64,000 nt of DNA from an uncultured Gemmatimonadaceae bacterium (lineage in GTDB: Bacteria > Gemmatimonadota > Gemmatimonadetes > Gemmatimonadales > Gemmatimonadaceae): the NCBI GenBank assembly GCA_963761305.1, contig CAVXGK010000001.1, positions 1,216,001-1,280,000 on the forward strand. Direction: 5' to 3'. The notes under the pieces are model-generated. The model was not told the origin of the DNA. It saw nothing but the letters and a program-made list of their open reading frames with translations, and made no database searches. Shown here piece by piece: positions 9,485 through 20,900 of this stretch. Positions within the stretch are counted from its first letter, which is position 1; each line of letters begins with the position of its first letter. The position numbers and the translations under genes were made by a program.

Positions 9485-12400
9485 ATGTCCGCCTCGGTTA
9501 CATCGAACCGCGCGGCGCGCGCCGCCGCCGCGCTCGCGATCGCCGCAGTCTTCGTTGCTCCGGCGACCGCGCAACAGCCCAAGCCGATCCACTTCGCGCG
9601 CAACGCCGGCATCGCCAACGACGGCCGCGTCGCGTTCACCTACCAGGACGACATATGGCTCGTCGACGCGGACGGGTCGAATCCGCGCCGGCTCACGGTG
9701 AACGTGGCGCACGATTTTTCGCCGCGCTTTTCGCCGGACGGAAAGTGGATCGCGTTCACGAGCAACCGCACCGGCAACAACGACGTCTTCGTGATGCCGT
9801 CGACCGGCGGCGAGCCGAAGCAGATCACGTTCTTCGCAGGCGACGATCAGGCGCTTTATTGGACGCCCGACGGCAAAGGCGTCGTCATCTCGAGCAATCG
9901 GGGCGACAACGCGTGGGGCTCGCCGCTCTACGTCCAACCCGTCGACGGCGGAATCGCCAAGCCGCTCGGCATGGGCATCGCACGAGCGGGGATGATCAGC
10001 CAGGACGGCTCGATGATCGCGTTCAATCGCAACCTGCCATCCACGTGGCGAAAGGAGTATCGCGGCAACGCCGCCGCGAACATCGCCGTGATGAACGTCG
10101 GCAACGGCTCGATTCAGGAGATCACGAACACGGATCTCCAGCAGTACAAGACGTTCGAGAATAACGTGTTCCCGATGTGGGGCGCGGACGGCAACATCTA
10201 TTTCGCATCGGAGCGCGACGGCGCATTCAATCTCTGGCGGATGTCGGCGAAGGGTAGCAACGCGCAGCAGGTCACGAGCTTCAAGGAGCCCGGCGGCGTC
10301 TTCTTCCCGTCGATCTCTCCGGACGGCAAACGCATCGTCTTTCAGAATGAATTCGATCTCTACACGATCGACGTGCCGGGCGGCAGGGCGAAGAAGCTGC
10401 CGCTGGCGATGTCGTTCGACCCGAAAGAGCCCGACGTCCAGGTCCTCACCGCGACGAGTCGCGCCGAGGGATTTGGCATTTCGCCGGCGGGCGACTACAT
10501 GGCGGTCGACTACCACGGCGAGATCGTGATCGTACCGACCGAGACGGGCGTCGGCGAGAAGACGCAGGTGACCAACTCGGCGTGGCGCGAGCGGAACGAG
10601 GTCTATTCACCCGACGGCCGCAAGATCGCCTACGTGTCCGACGAAGGCGGCGAGCAACAGGTGTGGGTCTACGACATCGCCACCGCGTCACGCAAGAAAC
10701 TCTCGGCGCAGCCGGCCGAGAAGGACAACCTCGTCTGGGCGCCGAATTCGCAGAAGCTGGCCTACGGCGCGGACAACAAGATCTACGAGGTGGACCTCGC
10801 AGCCGGTGCGCCGCGCGAGATCGCGCACAACCCGGCCGGCGGAATCACGGTGACGCAGTATTCGTCCGACGCCAACTGGCTCGTCTACAGCCGCCGCGAC
10901 GACGAACAGAACGCCGACGTCTATCTCTACGACATCAAGTCGAAGACAGAATATGACATCTCGCAAAGCCCGTGGAACGAGACGAGCGCGCAGTTGACGC
11001 CGGATGGCAAGACGGTGGTGTTCACGTCGAACCGCGACGCTGGAGTCAATCAGCTGTTCGCCGTGTCGCTGTCGCGGGTCGGGGAAGACCCGAACGATCC
11101 GCTCGTGCGCGAGCGAGTTCGACGCGCCACCGCAGGCGCCGGCCGAGGCGGCCGGGGCGGCGCGGACTCGGCGACGATGGAGGCGAGCATTCACGTCGAC
11201 TTGAAGGGCATTGAGCGTCGCGCGACTCAACTCACGCGCGGCGGCACGGGCGTGGGTGCGTTCTTCTTCTCGCGCGATGGACGCACGATCTACTTCTCGA
11301 CGGGCGGCTTCGGTGGTCGCGGCGGCGGCGGGCGAGGACGCGGCGGCGCGGCGGGTGCGGCGGAATCCGACGCCGGACTCTACTCCGTTGGCATCGACGG
11401 ACGCGATCGGCGTCGCATCGCGGCAGGCACGTTCGCCGGCATGCAGCCCACGGCCGATCGTCGCGCGATCTACTTCCGCGGCGCGGTGCGCGCGCCGGCC
11501 GGCGACGATGCACCTCCGCCGGGACGCGGCGGAGCGGGCGCGGAAGTCGGGTTCCCGATTGAGCGATTGACGATCGGTGCAGGTGCCGGCGGCACGGCTG
11601 CGGTGGGCGGCGGCGGGGTGCGTGGACCCACCGCTGCCGGCACGGCGGGCGGGGCGGCCGGCGAACAGATCAACTTCACGTTCAACGTGCGCGTCGATCG
11701 TCGCGACGAGTGGAAGCAGATACTCGACGAGTCGTATCGCGTGATGAAGTACCGCTACTACGACGCGACGATGCACGGCAAGGACTGGGCGGCGATTTAT
11801 GCTCGATACGCGACGCTCCTTCCTGACGCCGGCACGAACGAGGACGTCTACGACATCGCCAACGCGATGATCGGCGAGCTCAGTACGTCGCACACCGGCG
11901 TGACCGGTCCGGCGAGCGTCGCGATGCCGGCGGTCTACACAACGCGCTATCTCGGATTCGAGATGGAGCCGGCGGGTACGCATTATCGCGTGAGCCACGT
12001 CTATCGCGACGGTCCGGCCGACAAGGAGTGGATCGACATCAACGTCGGCGACTACGTCCAGTCGATCGACGGCAAGGACGTGAAAGCCGGCGACGACTAC
12101 TGGAAGATCTTGAGCGAGGCCGAGAACGAGTACGTGCCCGTGAAGGTTTCCAAAGCGGCCGACGGTGCGAATGCGAAGACGTATCGCATCGCGACGACGA
12201 CCAACATGACGAACATCAAATACGAGGAGTGGGTCGCCAACAACCGCGACTCGGTCGACAAGGCGACCAACGGGCAGATCGCGTACGTGCACATCCGCGC
12301 GATGGATCAGCCGTCGCTCGAGCGGTTCGAGAACGAGATCGACCGCTTCTGGCAGAAGAAGGGCATCATCATCGACATCCGGAACAACGGCGGCGGTAAC

Positions 12401-12883
12401 ATCGACCAGGAGCTGCTCGACATCCTCGAGCGACAGCCATACGAGTTCTGGAACAATAGAAATGGCTCGCGCACGTGGGGCCGCCGTCCGCGCCAGGCGA
12501 TCGTGGGGCCGAAGGTCATGATGATCAACTACCGGTCGGTCTCCGACGCCGAAGTCACGCCGCAGGGATTCCGCACGCTCGGGCTCGGCAAGCTCGTCGG
12601 AAATCCGACCTCGGCGCAGGTGATCGCGACCGGGAGCTACAACCTCATCAACGGCGGCGCGATTCGCACGCCGGGCTCGCTCGTCATCTCATGGGACGCG
12701 TCGAAGCCGAACAACTACGGATTCGATCTCGAGAACCACGGTATTCCGCCGGACGTGTGGGTGAAGAACTCACCCGACGACGACGCCAAGGGCATCGACC
12801 GCGAGTTGAAGACGGCGATCGACGAGGCGATGCGGATGCTCAAGGCCGGCCCCAAGGTTCAGGCGACGCAGCAACAGAAGTAG
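9485..12883 (+). CDS. Tricorn protease homolog (S41 peptidase with PD40 propellers and PDZ)
   Basis: Signal peptide, FSPDG/PD40 repeats, GELSTSHTG, IDIRNNGGG, SVSDAE catalytic region and LENHGIPPDV. Confidence 0.92.
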   Translation: MSASVTSNRAARAAAALAIAAVFVAPATAQQPKPIHFARNAGIANDGRVAFTYQDDIWLVDADGSNPRRLTVNVAHDFSPRFSPDGKWIAFTSNRTGNNDVFVMPSTGGEPKQITFFAGDDQALYWTPDGKGVVISSNRGDNAWGSPLYVQPVDGGIAKPLGMGIARAGMISQDGSMIAFNRNLPSTWRKEYRGNAAANIAVMNVGNGSIQEITNTDLQQYKTFENNVFPMWGADGNIYFASERDGAFNLWRMSAKGSNAQQVTSFKEPGGVFFPSISPDGKRIVFQNEFDLYTIDVPGGRAKKLPLAMSFDPKEPDVQVLTATSRAEGFGISPAGDYMAVDYHGEIVIVPTETGVGEKTQVTNSAWRERNEVYSPDGRKIAYVSDEGGEQQVWVYDIATASRKKLSAQPAEKDNLVWAPNSQKLAYGADNKIYEVDLAAGAPREIAHNPAGGITVTQYSSDANWLVYSRRDDEQNADVYLYDIKSKTEYDISQSPWNETSAQLTPDGKTVVFTSNRDAGVNQLFAVSLSRVGEDPNDPLVRERVRRATAGAGRGGRGGADSATMEASIHVDLKGIERRATQLTRGGTGVGAFFFSRDGRTIYFSTGGFGGRGGGGRGRGGAAGAAESDAGLYSVGIDGRDRRRIAAGTFAGMQPTADRRAIYFRGAVRAPAGDDAPPPGRGGAGAEVGFPIERLTIGAGAGGTAAVGGGGVRGPTAAGTAGGAAGEQINFTFNVRVDRRDEWKQILDESYRVMKYRYYDATMHGKDWAAIYARYATLLPDAGTNEDVYDIANAMIGELSTSHTGVTGPASVAMPAVYTTRYLGFEMEPAGTHYRVSHVYRDGPADKEWIDINVGDYVQSIDGKDVKAGDDYWKILSEAENEYVPVKVSKAADGANAKTYRIATTTNMTNIKYEEWVANNRDSVDKATNGQIAYVHIRAMDQPSLERFENEIDRFWQKKGIIIDIRNNGGGNIDQELLDILERQPYEFWNNRNGSRTWGRRPRQAIVGPKVMMINYRSVSDAEVTPQGFRTLGLGKLVGNPTSAQVIATGSYNLINGGAIRTPGSLVISWDASKPNNYGFDLENHGIPPDVWVKNSPDDDAKGIDRELKTAIDEAMRMLKAGPKVQATQQQK

Positions 12884-12910
12884 ACGGTCGATTCTGGCCG
12901 GAATGCGTGG

Positions 12911-14321
12911 TCACCCACCCCGACGCCGCGGCGGCGTCGGGGCCCACGCGGCCGTGTCGGCAGCGCTCGCCGGACCGATCTTCCCTTCGACCGATTTCAT
13001 CAGCGCGTCGGGATCGTAGACGCGTCCCGCTTTGATGACGACGCGCGGCAGCCGCGCGCGCCGGATGTCGGCGAGCGGATCGCCGCGCACCACGACCAAG
13101 TCCGCCCACTTCCCCGCCTCGATCGTTCCAAGCCGGTCGCCGAGTCCCATGGCGCGCGCGCTGTTGATGGTCGCGATCTTGAGGACGGCGGCGTTGGGAA
13201 TTCCCGACAGCGACAGCGAGAGCAACTCGCGGTGCACCGAGAACGGCGTGAAGAACTCGCCCCAACTCGGATGGTCGGTGCCAAGCGTGATCCAGTCCGC
13301 GCCGCCGGCGTCGTAGAACGCTTTTACTTCCTGGCGCTTCGTCCAATAGATGTTCTCGAACTGCTGATTCACCGCCCGCGGCGGCCGCGCATCGTACAGG
13401 CCGCGCATGTACGGCGTGAGGAATTTCTTTTCGTCCACGAAGTACGTGAACACCTCGGGGTCCTTCTTCCCGAAGTAGCCGTACGCGCTGAGCGTGGCAT
13501 CGTAGTAGACGTGGTGCTCGAGAAACAATGCCGCGATCCGCTTGAACTCCGGCGTGTCGAACGTCATGTGCTCGTACGACGCGTAGGCCGAGCGATCGGG
13601 GGTGAACGCGTCGCCGCCCATGAAGTGCTCGATGCGGTCGATGCCCATGAGGATCGCGTCGCGCGGGTTCACGCTCGTGCCGAACCCGGAGTCGAGGTGC
13701 CCGGTGACGGTGAGGCCGTGGAGATGCGCGCGCTCGACGAGCGCTTTCAGTTGATCCGGCGCGATTCCCTTTGCCTTGAATCCTTTGACGCCCGCCTCCG
13801 CCCAATGATCCACCTCGGCGTAGATCTCATCGCGCGTGATGTTGCGATTCCAACCGGGACGCGCGGTGCCGAAGTACGGGCCGGAACTGAGCAGTCGCGG
13901 ACCCGGCTCGCTGCCGTTCTCGATGCGGATGCGCAGATCGCGCATCGCGTCCGGATCCATCTCGCCGGCGGGGAACGTCGCGGTGACGCCGTTCGCCAGA
14001 AAGAGCGACGGATACGCGACCGTCTCGTCCTTTGCGGCCGGCGCCGAACAATTCCATCGCGTAGTGCGCGTGCAAGTCGAACAGGCCCGGAATCACCGTC
14101 TCGGTGTCGGCCATCTGCACACGCTCGGCGTCCGGCGCGGCGATCGACAGGTCCCCGCCAACGCGAAGAAATTTGCCAGCGCGGATGAGAATCCCGGGAT
14201 TTCGTACGCGCGCGTTGCCGGTCGCGGCGAAGAGCCAGCCGCCGGTGACGACGACGTCGCGCTCTTGAGCGCGTGCGAGACCCGAAAGGAGGACCAGCAG
14301 GAAAAGCGTGTAGCGTTTCAT
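12911..14321 (-). CDS. Secreted amidohydrolase family protein, frameshifted near 14032
   Basis: IPGLFDLHAH in ORF 13827..14321 continues as DETVAYPSLFLANGVT into ORF 12911..13960 (LGTDHP, GTIEAGKWADLVVV). One extra A in ggccgcaaagg explains the shift. Confidence 0.85.
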
Positions 14322-14476
14322 GACGCGTTCGTCCTCTGCATGGCAGCGGTGCGCGAACGATGGGCGGGGTGGCGACGTCTGTCCACCCCGGCGCCGGCCC
14401 CCTTATGTTTTTCGGCGCTCCTCTCTTCCATGAACCCGCGCGCGGAACCGCCTGCCCGATGGTACGATTGATCCGC

Positions 14477-15370
14477 ATGACTCTCGAGTTCGGGCGATTC
14501 GCGCTCGTTGCCGTGATCGTCGGCGCAGGATCGGCGCCAGCCGCCGCGCAGACCGTCGCACCATCCTTGCTCGCGCGACGCTATCTCGTCGGTGATTCCG
14601 TGCACTACGCGATGGTGGCGAGCAATCAAGGGCGCACGGAGACGTTGCGGTATTCCGCCCGCGCAGACGGCGTCGTGAGCAAAGACTCCCTCGGACGGTT
14701 CGTCGAGGACCTCGAGTGGTCGCATCTCACGCGCGACGGTGCGGCCGTGGCGCTCCCCGCGGGCACCGCCGCCGTCCGCCAACGCGTCTCGCTGGCGCCG
14801 GAGGTCATGCTGCCGCCGGACGTCGCGCACGGCGATCCGCGTCTGGTCGGGCCGGTGCTCGATCTCTTCACGTTTTATGTCGATCTCTGGCTCGCGGCGA
14901 AGATGCCGCTCGCCCGGCCGGGCGATCACGTGCGCTTTCCACGTAACACGCCCAACTCGTGGGCGGATCGACACTACGTGATCCTCGGCGAAGACGCGAT
15001 CGACTTCGAGATCACGTTGCTCTCCATCGACTCGGCGAGCGGTCGCGCCAAACTCCAGGTTCGCCACGTGCCGCCGGCCACCGCGGTCGTGCACCCGCCG
15101 GTCACATGGATGCAGGCGCCGCTCTTCGACACGCCCAACAACTGGGTGCAAGTCGAGAAGTCGTCGGACACGTCGTACGTCGCCGGCGTCGGCCGCGAGA
15201 GCTTCGATGTTCAAATCGACGTGCGACTCGCCGACGGGAGCATTCTCGCGGCGACGATGGACAATCCGGTCGACGTCATGGAACGAGTGTGTCGCGACGT
15301 GGCGCTGACGTTGTGCAGCGAGCCGCGTCGATATCGGATTCTCCGCCGGATCTCGCTCGAGGCGCGCTGA
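14477..15370 (+). CDS. Secreted hypothetical protein
   Basis: Signal peptide (AAA/Q) and typical codon usage; no family recognised. Confidence 0.7.
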   Translation: MTLEFGRFALVAVIVGAGSAPAAAQTVAPSLLARRYLVGDSVHYAMVASNQGRTETLRYSARADGVVSKDSLGRFVEDLEWSHLTRDGAAVALPAGTAAVRQRVSLAPEVMLPPDVAHGDPRLVGPVLDLFTFYVDLWLAAKMPLARPGDHVRFPRNTPNSWADRHYVILGEDAIDFEITLLSIDSASGRAKLQVRHVPPATAVVHPPVTWMQAPLFDTPNNWVQVEKSSDTSYVAGVGRESFDVQIDVRLADGSILAATMDNPVDVMERVCRDVALTLCSEPRRYRILRRISLEAR

Positions 15371-15446
15371 CGCCGTCGCGGTAACTCGCGCTATTGCGCC
15401 TTCGAGTCTCCCGGTTCCGGCCGCCGGGTATCATGTTACGGCCATC

Positions 15447-17708
15447 TTGGCCAATATCGATCGTCTCCCCGCGGCGCTCGCCGACCGCTACCGTATCGAG
15501 CGCGAGCTCGGCGCGGGTGGCATGGCGACTGTGTATCTCGCGCGCGACGTCAAGCACGACCGCGCCGTTGCGGTCAAGGTGCTGCACGCCGATCTCGCGC
15601 AGGAGTTGGGGACCGAGCGTTTCCTCTCCGAAATCAGAACCACGGCACGGCTCAGGCATCCGAACATCCTCCCGCTCTTCGACTCCGGCGTCGTCGAGAA
15701 GGATGGAGATCCGGTGCTGTACTACGTAATGCCGTTCGTCGAAGGCGTGTCGCTCCGCACGCGCCTGAACCGCGATCGCCACCTGCCGATCGATGAATCG
15801 CTGCGCATCACCATGGAAGTCGCCGACGCTCTGACGTACGCCCATGACCACGGCGTCATTCACCGCGACGTCAAGCCCGAGAACATCCTCCTCGACGGCG
15901 GGCATGCGCTCGTCGCGGATTTCGGCATCGCGCTCGCCACGACCGCGCCTGGCGCGGAACGGCTGACGCAGTCGGGGATGTCGCTCGGCACGCCGGCGTA
16001 CATGAGCCCGGAGCAGTCGACCGGCGATCGCGACATCGACCCGCGCAGCGACGTGTACAGCCTCGCCTGCGTCCTTTATGAAATGCTCACCGGCGAGCCG
16101 CCGTTCACGGGACCGACGTTCGAGTCGATCCTGGTCCAGCGCTTCACTCGCCAGCCGCCGCGCGTGACGACGAAGCGGAGTGGCGTGCATCGCCATCTGG
16201 ACGCGGCTGTCTTCACCGCGATGGCGCGCGAACCAGCGCAACGACCCGCGTCGATGGCGCGCTTTCGCGAAGCGTTGGCGACACCGGCGGCCTCGCCGCG
16301 CGGCGCCGACGCGCCGAAATCCATCGCCGTGCTGCCGTTCGCGAACATGAGCGCGGACCGGGAGAACGAATACTTCAGCGACGGCATCGCCGAGGAAATC
16401 ATCAACGCGTTGGCGCAGCTGCCCGAGTTGCGCGTCGCGGCGAGGACGTCGGCGTTCTCGTTCAAGGGAAAGAACGAGGACCTGCGTGGCATCGGCGAAG
16501 CGCTCAGTGTCGAGACGGTGCTCGAGGGAAGCGTTCGCAAAGCGGGCAACCGCGTGCGCGTGACGGCGCAGCTCATCAACGTCGCCGACGGCTATCACCT
16601 CTGGTCGGAGCGATACGACCGCGAGTTGACCGATGTGTTCGCGATCCAGGACGACATCGCGACGGCAATCGCCGACAAGCTGAAGGTCACGCTCGGAGCT
16701 GTGCATGCGGGACAGCTCGTTCGTCCGCCGACGGCGAACGTCGAGGCCTACGAGGCGTTTCTCAAGGCCCGCGCCCTCGCTCGCGCCCGCGGTCGATCGT
16801 TGTTCGAGGCCACAGAGTGGTACGAGCGCGCGATTGCGCTGGATCCCGAATACGCGGCGCCGCACGCAGGATTGGCCTACACACTTCTGCTTCAGAGTTT
16901 TTGGGGGATGGTCCGTCCGAACACGGTCCGCGAGCGAGCAATCGCGTCGGCGCGGAGAGCGCTCGAGTTGGATCCGGCGCTCTTCGAGTCCCATCTGGCG
17001 GCGGCCGTGGTCGCGATGTGTTTCGAGCTCGACTGGAAACGCGCCGCTCACGAGTGGGCTCGCGTCCGCGAGATTGATTCGACGACCACGGAGGCGCGCG
17101 CATCGTGGGCCACGTTCTGGATGACGTACGGCACGGGCCGCCTCGACGAGGCAGTGGAGGAGGCTTGCTCCGCCGCCGAGGGCGACCCGCTGAGCGCATA
17201 TGCGCACGCCAACGCCGCCATGGCGCTCGGTTGGAACCGTCAGGTCGACGACGCCGTCGCCGAAGCACGCAAGTCGCTCGAGCTCGATCCGTTGTCGACC
17301 TACGCCCACTGGTCGTTGCTGCACTCGCTGGCGCTGCGCGGCGACGTCGACGCCGTGTCGGCGGCGTTCGGCGACGCATGCGCGCGCGTCGGGCGACATC
17401 CCTGGTTCCTGATGGGTCTCGCGATCGCGTTCTCCCGTGCGGGTCGGCGAGACGAAGCGGGCGCCGCATACGACGAGCTGTCGGCACGGTCGAAGCTGGA
17501 ATACGTCCAGCCGACCGTGCTCGGCTGCGTCGCCGGCCTTTCCGGCCGCATGGACGATGCGCTTCGGTTGTACAACGAAGCGATCGACGTGGGCGACCCG
17601 CTGGTCATCGTGTCGCCACACTGGCCAGCCGTCGATTGGCGCGACGCGAAAGGTTGGGACGAAGTCCTGCGACGCATCGGATCGCCGGCGGCCGTCGCCG
17701 ATCAGTGA
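15447..17708 (+). CDS. Ser/Thr protein kinase with TolB-like and TPR domains
   Basis: GAGGMATVY, VAVK, HRDVKPEN, DFG, GTPAYMSPE; SIAVLPFANMS; TPR-like helices. Confidence 0.93.
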   Translation: MANIDRLPAALADRYRIERELGAGGMATVYLARDVKHDRAVAVKVLHADLAQELGTERFLSEIRTTARLRHPNILPLFDSGVVEKDGDPVLYYVMPFVEGVSLRTRLNRDRHLPIDESLRITMEVADALTYAHDHGVIHRDVKPENILLDGGHALVADFGIALATTAPGAERLTQSGMSLGTPAYMSPEQSTGDRDIDPRSDVYSLACVLYEMLTGEPPFTGPTFESILVQRFTRQPPRVTTKRSGVHRHLDAAVFTAMAREPAQRPASMARFREALATPAASPRGADAPKSIAVLPFANMSADRENEYFSDGIAEEIINALAQLPELRVAARTSAFSFKGKNEDLRGIGEALSVETVLEGSVRKAGNRVRVTAQLINVADGYHLWSERYDRELTDVFAIQDDIATAIADKLKVTLGAVHAGQLVRPPTANVEAYEAFLKARALARARGRSLFEATEWYERAIALDPEYAAPHAGLAYTLLLQSFWGMVRPNTVRERAIASARRALELDPALFESHLAAAVVAMCFELDWKRAAHEWARVREIDSTTTEARASWATFWMTYGTGRLDEAVEEACSAAEGDPLSAYAHANAAMALGWNRQVDDAVAEARKSLELDPLSTYAHWSLLHSLALRGDVDAVSAAFGDACARVGRHPWFLMGLAIAFSRAGRRDEAGAAYDELSARSKLEYVQPTVLGCVAGLSGRMDDALRLYNEAIDVGDPLVIVSPHWPAVDWRDAKGWDEVLRRIGSPAAVADQ

Positions 17709-17928
17709 ATCTGGCGACGTGTAGGACGCGTCGATGATACGCCACGTCTGGCCGTCGCGCCCCAGCCTCGTGCGCATACTGGAATCCATGAACCCGGGGT
17801 CGACGGTTGGTCATGCTGCTTGGTAGCTGACACGCGTGCCCGAGGGTAACTTCTGCTCGCCCTCCCGCCACTGAACAAACACCCCTTCTGCCGCAAATGA
17901 TCGAGACCCTCGCGGAGCCGGTCCGACC

Positions 17929-20900
17929 GTGAGCTCGCTGCTGGCACAGTTGCAAAAAACGCTCGGCGACGCCTACCACCTGGAGCGAGAGCTCGGCGGC
18001 GGTGGCATGAGCCGCGTGTTCGTGGCGAAGGAACGGCGGCTCGACCGAGCCGTCGTCGTGAAGGTGCTTTCGCCCGACCTCGCCCAGGGGCTGAGCGCCG
18101 AGCGGTTCGAGCGGGAAATCAAGACGGTCGCCGGGCTACAGCAGGCGAACATCGTCCCCGTACTCACCGCGGGCGACACGGACGGCCTTCCCTTCTATAC
18201 GATGCCGTTCGTCGAGGGCGAATCGCTGCGCGCGCGTCTGGCGCGCGGGCCGCTCGCCGTCGCGGAAGTTGTCGACCTGATGAAGGACGTGTCGAAGGCG
18301 CTCGCGTACGCGCACCAACGCGGCGTCGTGCACCGCGACATCAAGCCGGACAACGTGCTGCTCTCGGGCGGCACCGCCGTCGTGACGGACTTCGGCATCG
18401 CGAAGGCCATCAGCGCCGCGCGGACAGGCGCCGGCGGCGCGACGCTCACCCAGGTCGGCACGTCCATCGGCACGCCGGCGTACATGGCGCCGGAGCAGGC
18501 GGCGGGCGACGCGAACATCGACCATCGCGCCGACATCTACGCGCTCGGCGCGATGTCGTACGAGCTGCTCACGGGACAGCTCGTGTTCCCGGATCGCACC
18601 GCTCAGCGGATGCTCGCCGCGCACATGAGTGAAACGCCGCGCGCGATCGCCGAGCTGCGTGGCGATGTGCCGGCGCCGCTCGCCGATTTGGTGATGCGGT
18701 GCCTGGCAAAGGATCCGGCGAACCGGCCGCAGAGCGCCGGCGACGTCGTGCGAGTCCTCGAAACCATGTCGAGCGCGAGCGGAGCGGCGATGCCGCCCGT
18801 GTTGCTCGGCGGGCCCGGAATGTTTGGAAAGGCGCTCGCGATCTACGCCGGCGCGTTCATCGTCGTGGCCATCGTCGCGAAGGCGGCGATCGTCGGCATC
18901 GGATTGCCGGAGTGGGTGTTCCCCGGTTCACTGATCGTGATGGGGTTCGGGCTGCCGGTCGTGCTCTGGACGGGCTACGTGCAGCGCGTGACGCGCCGCG
19001 CGCTCACTGCGACGCCGACGTACACGCCCGGCGGCACGCCGTCGACCACGCACGGTACGATCGCGACGATCGCGCTCAAGGCCGGACCGGGCATGAGCTG
19101 GTATCGCACCGCACGCGGCGGGATCTACGCGCTCGGCGCGTTCGTCGCGGCGATTGCCGTGTTCATGGGATTGCGCGCGTTCGGTATCGGGCCGTTCGGA
19201 TCGCTGCTCGCGTCGGGTCAGCTGAGCAAGAGCGATCGGATTCTGCTCACGGATTTCCGCACGACGAATGTCGACTCCACCCTCGGCCGCGTCGTGAGCG
19301 ACGCCGTGCGCGCCGGGCTCGCGGGATCGTCCGCGTTCACGCTCGTACAGCCCGCGGAGATCGTCGCGACGCTTCGGCTCATGCAGCGTGAGCCGACGAC
19401 GACGCGCCTGGACTCGGCCGTCGCGCGAGAAGTCGCGCAACGGAAGAGCATCAAGGCGATCGTCGATGGGGACGTCACCGGCGTGCCGGGCGGCTACATC
19501 GTTTCGATCCGTCTCGTGCGCGCGGACTCGGGCATCGAGCTGGCGTCGTTTCGCGAAACGGGCGACGGACCGAAAGGACTGATCGACGCCGCCGACAAAC
19601 TCGCTCGCGAGCTGCGAGGCCGGGCCGGGGAATCGCTCCGTTCGGTGAACGCGACGCGGCCGCTCAATGAGGTCACGACGACCTCGTTGGATGCGCTGCG
19701 GAAGTACAGCGAGAGTACCCGCCTCAATGCACTCGGTGACCGTCGGTCCATCGCGGTCGCGCGCGAAGCGGTGGCGATCGATTCCACGTTCGCATCGGCG
19801 TGGAGCGGTCTCGCAGCCTCGTTGTCGAACTACGGCGGAACGCGGTCGGCCATCGATTCTGCGATCTCACAAGCGTTCCGCTATGGCGGCCGACTTCCCG
19901 TGTCGGAACGCGCGGCGGTGACGGCCCGCTACTACCAGCTGGGGCCCGGGCGCGACCGCGACAAAGCGATCGCCGCCTATGAAGCGATCCTGCAACGCGG
20001 CGAGACCACATCCGCGACGATGATCAACCTCGGCGAAGCGCTGAGGGACAAACGGGAATATGCGCGCGCCGAAGCACTCAACTGGGCGGCCGCGAAACGA
20101 GCCCCCGGCGATGCAACGCCTCTGGGAAACGCGGTCGAACTCGAGGTGGATCAAGGGAAGTTCAAGGAGGCGGAGGAGACTCTCGCACAACTGAAGAAGG
20201 TCTCTCCGCCGTACGGCGCGAATCATCAGCTTCTGTTGTGGTTCGCGTTGGGCGATTTCCGAGCCCTCCACGAGAGAGCCGACAGCTTGTTGCGCGCGAG
20301 CGAGGAGTCGCGCGAACGTAGCGGCGTCCCAGTGTCGCAGACGCTCGCGCTGCTCGAAGGGCGATGGCACGACTACGCTGCCTTCAACACCGAGCGCGTT
20401 GCCAAGAGGTGGGGCATCCGTCCCGACTTCGCGGTCGAGCAAGTCATGCTCGAGGCGGAGCTCAGAGGTCCAAGTCCAGCGGCCGGGGCGCGCCTGGACT
20501 CGGCGATCGCCAAGGTGCCGTTTCGCGATCTGCCGATGGTGGACCGCCCCTATCTCAACGCGGCGTACGCGCTGGCACGCGTGGGCCGCGCGGAGAAGGC
20601 GCGCGCGATGGTGGCGAGATTCAACGCCGAGGTCACCGACACGTCGCTCAGACGAGTGAGAGAATCCGACTTGCATGGTGTGCTCGGCGAGATCGCGCTG
20701 GCCGATGGTAAACCGCAGGACGCGATCGGCGAGTTTCATCGGTCCGACGTAGCGTACGATGGGGCTCCCGCCGACGAATGCGCGGCGTGCGTGTGGCTTC
20801 TGCTCGGACGCGCCTACGACGCTGCACGCAAGCCGGACTCGGCGATCATGTCGTTCGAGCGCTATCTGGCGACGCCGTTCTGGTCCAAGGCTCAATCGGA

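Noticed and set aside
15276..17789. Long antisense or alternate-frame ORFs (also 7849..9120, 10688..12292, 22724..24955, 23184..24971, 56573..57987)
   Set aside because: Arg/Ala-rich shadow frames of well-supported genes; expected in high-GC DNA with few stops.
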